From Clostridia bacterium (GTDB lineage: Bacteria > Bacillota > Clostridia > Christensenellales > Borkfalkiaceae): a stretch of DNA of 64,000 bases. The notes under the pieces are model-generated. The model did not search any database and was not told where the DNA came from. It worked only from the letters and a program-made list of their open reading frames with translations. The translations under genes were made by a program, and so were the position numbers. The stretch spans positions 13,374-77,373 of the forward strand of contig JAFVRR010000002.1 in NCBI GenBank assembly GCA_017504165.1, written 5' to 3'. Of this stretch, positions 57,007 through 64,000 are shown piece by piece. Positions within the stretch are counted from its first letter, which is position 1. Each line of letters opens with the position of its first letter.

Positions 57007-57638
57007 TAGTTTTAAAAAATATTTCAAAAGAATTCGACGGCGTTAAAATTTTAGATAACGTAAATTTAATCGTTAAAAAAGGTAAAATTACCACCCTTTT
57101 AGGCGGTAGCGGTGTGGGAAAAACTACGCTACTTAACGCAATTTCGGGGCTTATTGAATATAATGGAGAAATTGAAAACTTACCTAGTAAAATTGCCTAC
57201 GCTTTTCAAACGCCCGCGCTTATTGATAACTTAACGGTTAAAGAAAATATTAAAATTGCATCGCCGTCAATTAGCGAAGAAGAACTTAACTATTGTTTAG
57301 AAAAAGTAGATATTTTATCTTTACAAGATAAACTTACCGTAAACTTATCGGCAGGCGAAAAGCAAAGGGTCAATTTTTTAAGGGCGCTACTAAATAAGGC
57401 TAATCTATTGCTAATTGACGAAACTTTTTCTTCGCTTGATATAAAAAGCAAGTTAAAGTGTGAAGAACTTTTAAAAGAGTACGTTAAAAAGGGAAACTTG
57501 ACGGTAATTATGGTCACCCACGATATGGGTTTGGCGCTAAGCGTATCGGACGAAATTGCCGTTATAACTAAAAGTGGTGTAGAAGTTTTAACAAACTTTA
57601 GCGAAAAACTTTTAAAAGATAAATTGTTTAATTTGTAA
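57003..57638 (+). CDS. ABC transporter ATP-binding protein
   Basis: Walker A is GGSGVGKTT, the signature is LSAGEKQR and Walker B is LLLIDETFSSLD. Confidence 0.85.
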   Translation: MIVLKNISKEFDGVKILDNVNLIVKKGKITTLLGGSGVGKTTLLNAISGLIEYNGEIENLPSKIAYAFQTPALIDNLTVKENIKIASPSISEEELNYCLEKVDILSLQDKLTVNLSAGEKQRVNFLRALLNKANLLLIDETFSSLDIKSKLKCEELLKEYVKKGNLTVIMVTHDMGLALSVSDEIAVITKSGVEVLTNFSEKLLKDKLFNL

Positions 57639-57735
57639 AAGGTATAAATTTTTTTTAAAGGGTAATAATTTTAGCATAAACTAAAACGCCCAAAAATCAT
57701 ATTATGTAATAGGGGCTTATACTTTCGAGGTTATT

Positions 57736-58086
57736 ATGATTAAACGCGGTGAGTTGTATTATGCAGATTTAAGCCCTGTAGTAGGTAGTGAGCAAGGCGG
57801 AGTAAGACCCGTACTTATCGTGCAAAACGATATTGGTAATAAATATAGTCCGACTATTATAGCGGCGGCGGTAACTAGCAAGATTAACAAGGCTAAACTT
57901 CCAACGCATATAGAACTTTCGGCTATAGATTACGGCTTGCAACGAGATTCGGTCGTACTACTTGAACAAATTAGAACGATTGATAAAAGAAGACTAAAAG
58001 AAAGAATAGGCGAATTGCCTGAAAATACGATGCTACTAGTTGATAACGCTTTGCTTATCAGTCTGGGGTTTAATAAAACAAGTTAA
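57736..58086 (+). CDS. mazF: MazF/EndoA-type endoribonuclease toxin
   Basis: The N-terminus [32 protein letters not shown] and the segment [19 protein letters not shown] closely match the EndoA/NdoA type. Confidence 0.9.
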   Translation: MIKRGELYYADLSPVVGSEQGGVRPVLIVQNDIGNKYSPTIIAAAVTSKINKAKLPTHIELSAIDYGLQRDSVVLLEQIRTIDKRRLKERIGELPENTMLLVDNALLISLGFNKTS

Positions 58087-58114
58087 TCCTTCGCAAACGC
58101 GCGAAGGATTTTTA
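58085..58114 (+). terminator. Intrinsic terminator after mazF
   Basis: AATCCTTCGC pairs with GCGAAGGATT and is followed by a T-run. The 5' arm overlaps the stop codon. Confidence 0.75.
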
Positions 58115-58206
58115 AATGCAATCTGTTGCAATTTGTAAAAGACTGTGCTAAAATTATACGTGTATAATTTGCCTAATATACTTTAGGCGGGTTTAAAGGA
58201 GAAATT

Positions 58207-58674
58207 ATGAAGAAATATAATGGTAAAGATATAGCCGTTTCCGCTATAGCGCTTATTTTAGTAGTAATAGTTTCCGCCGTACTTGGCGTACTTAAAAATT
58301 TAGAAGTTTTAAAATGCGAAACTTCCGCGTTTATTATTATGTTAACTTCCTTAACTCTTGGATGCGGAATATACGTTTTAATCTTTTCTATCGTTAAAAA
58401 GGGTGGCTACGAATTTGCAGTCGGCTCTATTTTAACCGTTATCGGCGTATTTTGCTTGCTTTTCATTTTAAAGGTAGATATCGTTATAAATATTATCGTA
58501 ACGGTTGCCCTTTTATTAATTGCTTTAATAGCGCCGTTTTTATTAAAGGCGAAAGACGTTTCTTTTACCCCTACCGATAAAGAAGAAGGCTATAAGCCTT
58601 ATATGGAAAAATTAAAAGAAGAAAAAGAACAAGAAAAGGAAGAAGAACTCCCAGAAATTAAAAGTTTTAAATAA
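58207..58674 (+). CDS. Four-helix membrane protein with a Glu/Lys-rich tail
   Basis: The hydrophobic core has a KEEKEQEKEEE tail, and a GGAG RBS precedes the start. No family was recognised. Confidence 0.4.
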   Translation: MKKYNGKDIAVSAIALILVVIVSAVLGVLKNLEVLKCETSAFIIMLTSLTLGCGIYVLIFSIVKKGGYEFAVGSILTVIGVFCLLFILKVDIVINIIVTVALLLIALIAPFLLKAKDVSFTPTDKEEGYKPYMEKLKEEKEQEKEEELPEIKSFK

Positions 58675-58689
58675 TACGAAGGTGATAAT

Positions 58690-60138
58690 ATGAGAAATTT
58701 AACTTTGATGACAGACCTTTATCAACTTACCATGATGAATGGCTATTTGAAAAACGACAAGCACGAAGAAAGGGTTATTTTTGACCTATTTTTCCGCCAA
58801 AACGAACTTATAACTTACTCGTTAGCGGCGGGTTTAGAACAGGCAATAGACTATATTTTAAATTTAAAATTTACTGAAGACGATATTGAATATTTAAGGG
58901 GTTTAAAACTCTTTAACGAAGATTTTTTAAAATATTTATCAAACTTAAAATTCACTGGGGACGTTTATTCCGTACCCGAAGGAACTATGGTCTTCCCAGG
59001 AGAGCCTATCTTAACCGTTTGCGCGCCTATTATGGAGGCGCAACTAGTAGAAACTGCATTGCTCAATATTATAAACCACCAAACGCTTATAGCCTCTAAA
59101 GCGGCAAAGGTTTGCTATTCTGCTAAAGGCGATACGGTTATGGAATTCGGACTTCGTCGCGCGCAAGGACCGGACGCGGGTATTTACGGCGCAAGGGCTG
59201 CAATTATCGGCGGTTGTAACTCGACTAGTAACGTTCTTGCAGGCAAGATGTTCGACGTGCCTATTTCAGGTACGCACGCGCACAGTTGGGTTATGAGTTT
59301 CCCTACCGAGTACGATGCGTTTAAGGCGTATTCGGAAGTTTACCCCGACGCCACGTTATTATTAGTTGATACTTACGATACCTTAAAAAGCGGTATTCCT
59401 AACGCCATTAAAGTTTTTGACGAGTTAAGGGCTAAAGGTAAAAAACCTATCGGTATAAGGCTTGATAGCGGGGATTTGGCGTACCTTACCAAAAAGGCAA
59501 GGCAAATGCTTGACGATGCCGGTTATCCCGACGCTATTATTTGCGCAAGTGGTGATTTAGATGAAAAACTTGTGCAATCGCTTAAAATTCAAGGTGCAAA
59601 AATTAACAGTTGGGGTATTGGCACTAAACTTATAACTAGCGCCGATATGCCTGCGCTTGGCGGTGTTTATAAACTTGCGGGCGTAGTTAATAGCGACGGT
59701 ACTGTAACGCCTAAAATTAAAGTTTCGGAAACTAGCGCTAAAATCACTAACCCTGGTTTTAAAAAGGTGGTTAGAATTTACGATGAAAAGACGGGCAAAG
59801 CAGAGGCCGACCTCATTATGTTAAAGGACGAAGTTATTGACGAAACTAAGCCTTTAACTATTACTCACCCACTTGAAAATTGGAAGAAAATCACGTTTAC
59901 AAAATACAAAATTAAACAACTTACTACTCAAATTGTTAAGGGTGGTGAACTCGTTTACAAAATGCCTGCGCTTAAAGAAATTAAGGCGTATGCTAAAGGC
60001 GAAATGGAATCTTTCTGGGACGAGTATTTAAGAATAGACAAACCGCACATTTACAAGGTAGACTTAAGCGATGAACTCTTAGCGCTTAAAACTTCTATGC
60101 TTGATAATATTAGAAAAGGAAAGGAAAAAATTGATTAA
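58690..60138 (+). CDS. pncB: Nicotinate phosphoribosyltransferase
   Basis: It begins LMTDLYQLTMMNGY and has EFGLRRAQG and SGTHAHSWV motifs. Confidence 0.9.
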   Translation: MRNLTLMTDLYQLTMMNGYLKNDKHEERVIFDLFFRQNELITYSLAAGLEQAIDYILNLKFTEDDIEYLRGLKLFNEDFLKYLSNLKFTGDVYSVPEGTMVFPGEPILTVCAPIMEAQLVETALLNIINHQTLIASKAAKVCYSAKGDTVMEFGLRRAQGPDAGIYGARAAIIGGCNSTSNVLAGKMFDVPISGTHAHSWVMSFPTEYDAFKAYSEVYPDATLLLVDTYDTLKSGIPNAIKVFDELRAKGKKPIGIRLDSGDLAYLTKKARQMLDDAGYPDAIICASGDLDEKLVQSLKIQGAKINSWGIGTKLITSADMPALGGVYKLAGVVNSDGTVTPKIKVSETSAKITNPGFKKVVRIYDEKTGKAEADLIMLKDEVIDETKPLTITHPLENWKKITFTKYKIKQLTTQIVKGGELVYKMPALKEIKAYAKGEMESFWDEYLRIDKPHIYKVDLSDELLALKTSMLDNIRKGKEKID

Positions 60139-60547
60139 CGAAATAAACGAAGTAAAACCTAAAGAATCGGAAAACGCCCGCATTCGCGCAAAGATTATAA
60201 CTAGCGCCGCGAAAGAGCAATACGATACGGAAATTAGTAAACTTAAACTTTTTATAGAAAAGTTTAACGAGTATACTGAAGACATAGTTAAGGAATATCC
60301 GTCAGACAAAACAAGAAAAACCGTAGTCGTTGGGCAAATGATTAAAGATATTTTAAATAGGGAAGAAACTTTAGAATATACTTCAAAAGAAAAAATTGCA
60401 GAGATTTATAAAATAGTACTCGACAACAAGCCACAGAGAAAGGGCTTATACGGTATAGGCGAAAACGGATTTGATATGGATGAAGTTTTAAACCCTAAAG
60501 AAGAACTAGATTTAGACAGTTTATTAAAAGAATTAGGTGTAAAGTAG
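60131..60547 (+). CDS. Coiled-coil hypothetical protein
   Basis: The likely start is the TTG at 60131, after GGAAAGGA. The tracked start at 60101 would overlap pncB by 38 nt. It occupies the slot upstream of lspA-rluD. Confidence 0.4.
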   Translation: MINEINEVKPKESENARIRAKIITSAAKEQYDTEISKLKLFIEKFNEYTEDIVKEYPSDKTRKTVVVGQMIKDILNREETLEYTSKEKIAEIYKIVLDNKPQRKGLYGIGENGFDMDEVLNPKEELDLDSLLKELGVK

Positions 60548-60548
60548 T

Positions 60549-61076
60549 ATGATTTATATTGTTTGTATAATAATCGCTTTAGGTGTTATAGGGTTAGATA
60601 TGCTCTCTAAATATTTAGCGGTTAAAGGTAACGTTGACCTAGTTATAATTCCACATTTACTAAAATTTAAATTGACTTATAACACGGGCGCTGCGTTTAG
60701 TTTTTTAGGCGAATATTCTTGGGCTATAACCTTTTTTATCATTCTAACTTCGCTTACTTTATTGGGTATAACCGCGTATATGCTTTATAATTTTATTAAG
60801 AAAAATAAAATTTCTAAATGGCTTGCAGTTTCTTTAGCGCTCGTTTTCGGTGGCGCTATTGGAAACTTAATCGATAGGGTTTGGCTTGGTAAGGTTAGGG
60901 ATTTTATATTCGTACTATATAATACCGATATATTCCCCGCAATTTTCAACGTGGCGGATATTGCACTTGTCGTCGGCGTTATTATGATTTGCGTATATTT
61001 ATTGTTTTTAGATAAAGAGGCAGTTTTTAAATTCAAAAAAGAAGGAAAGAATGGAAAAGAAGATAATAACGGTTGA
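60549..61076 (+). CDS. lspA: Lipoprotein signal peptidase II
   Basis: It has the NTGAAFS, GGAIGNLIDR, VRDFI and FNVADI motifs. Confidence 0.92.
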   Translation: MIYIVCIIIALGVIGLDMLSKYLAVKGNVDLVIIPHLLKFKLTYNTGAAFSFLGEYSWAITFFIILTSLTLLGITAYMLYNFIKKNKISKWLAVSLALVFGGAIGNLIDRVWLGKVRDFIFVLYNTDIFPAIFNVADIALVVGVIMICVYLLFLDKEAVFKFKKEGKNGKEDNNG

Positions 61077-61959
61077 TACTAGTGACGAAAGAATGGACGT
61101 TTTTTTGGCGGAAAAACTAGATTTTACCCGCTCTAAAGTAAAAAACCTTTTAGATAAAGGAAAATGTATCCTAAACGGACGGGCAGTAAAACCGCGTGAT
61201 TTAACTAAACAAGGCGATATTTTAGAAATAGAGTTAGACGACCCTATTATGCTAGAAATTAAGCCCGTAGAAATACCGCTTGATATTATATATCAAGACG
61301 ACGACCTTGCGGTAATAAATAAACAACAAGGTCTAACGGTGCATCAAGGTAGTGGTACAGACGATAACACGCTTGTTAACGCGTTACTTTATCATCTTGA
61401 TAATTTAAGTGGAATAAACGGAGTTATTCGCCCTGGAATAGTACATAGAATAGATAAAGACACGTCGGGCTTATTAGTAGTTGCTAAAAATGACGACGCG
61501 CACGTAAAACTCTCTAAACAAATTGAAGAGAAAACGTGTAAAAGAACTTACTACGCTCTTCTTGAAGGGGTGGTAAAGGAAGATGAAGGGGTTATTGATA
61601 CCTTTATAGATAGGAATAAGAAAGACCGAACTAAAATGGCGGTATCTTCTAGCGGTAGAAGGGCAATAACCAACTTTAAAGTTGTAAAAAGGTATAAGGA
61701 ACACACGCTATGCAAGTTTAATTTGCAAACGGGTAGAACGCATCAAATTAGGGTACACGCAAAGCATATAGGTCACCCGGTAGTTGGAGATACGGTATAC
61801 GGCTATAAAAACCAAAGGTTTAAATTAAACGGACAACTTCTTCACGCAATTAAACTTCAGTTTATTCATCCTAGAACGGAGAAGTTAGTGTCGTTTGACG
61901 CGCCGATACCCGATTATTTTTTAAATATTTTAGAAAAACTAGATAAAAAAGAAAAATAG
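61051..61959 (+). CDS. rluD: 23S rRNA pseudouridine synthase, RluD family
   Basis: An S4 domain is followed by the HRIDKDTSGLLVVAK catalytic motif and RTHQIRVH. Confidence 0.9.
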   Translation: MEKKIITVDTSDERMDVFLAEKLDFTRSKVKNLLDKGKCILNGRAVKPRDLTKQGDILEIELDDPIMLEIKPVEIPLDIIYQDDDLAVINKQQGLTVHQGSGTDDNTLVNALLYHLDNLSGINGVIRPGIVHRIDKDTSGLLVVAKNDDAHVKLSKQIEEKTCKRTYYALLEGVVKEDEGVIDTFIDRNKKDRTKMAVSSSGRRAITNFKVVKRYKEHTLCKFNLQTGRTHQIRVHAKHIGHPVVGDTVYGYKNQRFKLNGQLLHAIKLQFIHPRTEKLVSFDAPIPDYFLNILEKLDKKEK

Positions 61960-61983
61960 TTTAAATAAACTTTAAAAACGGTA

Positions 61984-62012
61984 TTGACAATTATTAAAAG
62001 TAGTTATATAAT
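61984..62012 (+). promoter_or_regulatory. Consensus sigma-A promoter of the pyr operon
   Basis: -35 TTGACA (61984-61989), a 17-nt spacer and -10 TATAAT (62007-62012). Confidence 0.6.
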
Positions 62013-62085
62013 TAATAAGGTAGGTCTTTAAGAAAAGTACTGTGATGCTTTTAAGGCGGTTTATTTTTTTGCTAGTTTACGGAAT

Positions 62086-62114
62086 GCCTTGCTTACGCAA
62101 GGCTTTATTTTTTT
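62086..62114 (+). terminator. Leader terminator (attenuator) immediately upstream of pyrR
   Basis: GCCTTGC-TTAC-GCAAGGC is followed by TTTATTTTTTT. It ends 9 nt before the pyrR ATG. Confidence 0.7.
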
Positions 62115-62123
62115 GAGGTTAAA

Positions 62124-62660
62124 ATGAAAGAAAAAACTATTATTATGGACGAATCTGCTCAACATAGAGCGCTTTTTCGTATATCTCACGAAATACTAGA
62201 AAAGAATAAAGGTGCTAAAGATTTAGTTTTGATAGGAATTTTAACTCGTGGCGTCCCAATGGCTAAATCTATAAAAGACAATATTAAAAAGATAGAAAAC
62301 GCCGATATCCCTTTCGGGATTATGGATATAACTTTATATCGTGACGATTTATCGGAAATAACCGATATGCCTAAAGCGAGCAAGACTGATATTCCATTTG
62401 ATATCAAAGATAAAAAAGTAATACTCTGTGACGACGTTTTGTATACTGGTAGAACTGCAAGGGCGGCGATAGAGGCGGTACTTAGTCTGGGTAGGCCGAA
62501 GTCCATTCAACTTGCAGTTATCGTAGATAGAGGGCATAGGGAACTTCCTATTCGCGCCGATTACGTTGGTAAAAGTATACCGACTTCGCATAGTGAAATG
62601 GTCCTTGTTAAGTTTAAGGAAACTGACAATGAAGACGGCGTTAAACTTTACGAAAAGTAA
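62124..62660 (+). CDS. pyrR: Bifunctional pyr operon regulator / uracil phosphoribosyltransferase PyrR
   Basis: The PRPP motif VILCDDVLYTGRT and the IVDRGHRELPIRADYVG segment are present. Confidence 0.95.
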   Translation: MKEKTIIMDESAQHRALFRISHEILEKNKGAKDLVLIGILTRGVPMAKSIKDNIKKIENADIPFGIMDITLYRDDLSEITDMPKASKTDIPFDIKDKKVILCDDVLYTGRTARAAIEAVLSLGRPKSIQLAVIVDRGHRELPIRADYVGKSIPTSHSEMVLVKFKETDNEDGVKLYEK

Positions 62661-62713
62661 AAAAACGGTTAAAACCGTTAAATTAAATAATTTTTTACAA
62701 GGAGATAAAAATT

Positions 62714-64000
62714 ATGAAGTTAACTTACAACGTTAATGAGAAAGCGCCTTTTGGTAAAAACTTAGTGTACGCTTTCCAACAATTGCTTGCAATTCTTGCA
62801 GCAACAGTACTCGTTCCAATCTTGGTTGATCCAGCAGGAACTTATTTAAGCCAAGCATCTGCTTTAATCGGTGCGGGCGTAGGTACTTTAGTTTACTTGC
62901 TTTTTACTAAATTTAAAAGCCCGGTATTCTTAGGTAGTTCTTTCGCCTTCATTTCTCCACTCTTTACCGGTGTTTTATACGGTTATTGTGGTATTATTTT
63001 AGGTTCTATTTTCGCAGGTCTTGTTTACGTAATCATCGCTATCGTAATCAGTAAAGTTGGCGCTGGTTGGATTAACAAACTTATGCCTCCGGTTATTATT
63101 GGACCTACGGTTGTAACTATAACCTTTTACATATTTTAGTTGCTATCGTTACCTTCCTTGCTACGGTTGTTGCGTCTGTTAAAGGTACTAAAGGTATGAA
63201 ACTTATTCCTTTCATTATCGGCGTTGGTGCTGGTTACGTTGTTGCATCTATTTTAACTGTTGTAGGTTATCACTTATTAGATAACGCTTATTTCAAAATT
63301 ATCGACTTTAGCGTATTCCAAAAAGTTGCGGATTTCAAAAACTGGATTCCTAACATTACGTTTATCGGCGCTATTAAAGAACTTACTTCTGGTAATCTTT
63401 TAGTTAACGGTACAGGCGTAGTTTCTATCTTACTTGCCTTTGCTCCAGTTGCTCTCGTAGTATTTGCTGAACACGTTGCAGACCACAAGAACATTTCTTC
63501 AATTATCGAACAAGATTTACTTGAAGAACCAGGTCTTCACAGAACTTTACTTGGCGACGGTGTTGGTTCTATCGCAGGCGCATTCTTCGGCGGTTGTCCT
63601 AACACTACTTACGGCGAATCTGTTGGTTGCGTTGCAATCACGGGCGTTGCATCAGTTTATACAATTTTAACTACTGCTATTTTATGTATCGCTTTAGCAT
63701 TCGTTTACCCAGTAATGCTCCTTATTCAATCAATTCCAGGTTGTGTAGTTGGTGGTATTTCTATTGCTCTTTACGGCTTTATCGCAGTATCTGGTTTAAG
63801 AATGTTCAAACACGTTGACCTTGATAACTCTAAAAACTTATTCATCGTTGCGGCTATTTTAGTTACAGGTCTTGGCGGACTTAAACTTAACTTCGGCGGT
63901 ACTTTCGCTAGCCCAACAATCCAAATTTCTTCAATTGCTTGCGCTTTAATTTTAGGTATTATCGTAAACCTTATCTTAAAACCTGCAAAAGTAGAAGTTA
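62714..64000 (+). pseudogene. pyrP: Uracil permease (NCS2 family), disrupted by an internal deletion and frameshift; the 3' end runs off the window
   Basis: The N-terminal part runs 62714-63139 in one frame and ends in TAG. The C-terminal part (AEHVADH, PNTTYGESVG) is open from 63076 to 64000 in another frame. The helix after PPVIIGPTVV is missing. Confidence 0.7.

Noticed and set aside
63288-63818. Three tracked ORFs of 63-68 aa (63288-63494 minus strand, 63464-63670 and 63627-63818 plus strand).
   Set aside because: They fall in wrong frames within the C-terminal part of pyrP. The true frame is open from 63076 to the window end, but it was not listed because it lacks a start and a stop inside the window.
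1-64000. A scan for mobile elements, prophage, tRNA/rRNA genes and known defence systems (restriction-modification, CBASS, Abi, retrons, CRISPR-Cas).
   Set aside because: No integrase, transposase or recombinase motifs were seen. There is no cloverleaf-like tRNA sequence and no nucleotidyltransferase or effector pairing. The patatin gene has no CD-NTase partner, and the WYL regulator has no adjacent defence gene.

Overview
This 64-kb window looks like core chromosome of a low-GC, Clostridia-like endospore-forming Firmicute (spoIIGA-sigE are present). It is densely coded and mostly on the + strand. Recognisable blocks are listed here in order. (1) tsaB(partial)-rimI, a murF-like gene, ddl and RNase P RNA. 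(2) ychF, argS and mscL. (3) murG plus a WYL regulator. (4) An ECF sigma pair, an AraC regulator and rqcH. (5) tig-clpP-clpX, then a 3.1-kb insert, then lon-engB. (6) aspA, an ABC exporter, alr-rsmD-coaD-ylbJ and rarA. (7) A Wzz / BY-kinase / PHP-phosphatase trio, a patatin gene, murB, whiA, cca, uvrC, hprK, ygiQ and nrdR. (8) spoIIGA-sigE, fba, an NMT1-type ABC importer, mazF and pncB. (9) lspA-rluD-pyrR-pyrP, the same order as in Bacillus. I found no tRNA, rRNA, CRISPR array, integrase, transposase or recognisable multi-gene defence system, and I cannot support a claim that a clearly new system is present. The items most worth a second look are: a MurF-type ligase whose N-terminal domain is replaced by a polytopic membrane domain; an intact EndoA-type MazF toxin with no room for an adjacent antitoxin; a four-copy palindromic operator array between a SLOG-like gene and a small XRE regulator; an internally duplicated Cys-rich protein paired with a 57-aa ORF missing from the ORF track; a pyrP gene broken by an internal deletion plus frameshift; a degenerate ~61-bp intergenic tandem repeat; near-identical hairpins bracketing aspA; and several genes whose ATG sits about 7 nt after a good -10 box, making them candidate leaderless mRNAs. 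All protein calls come from motif recognition by eye, and no searches were run.
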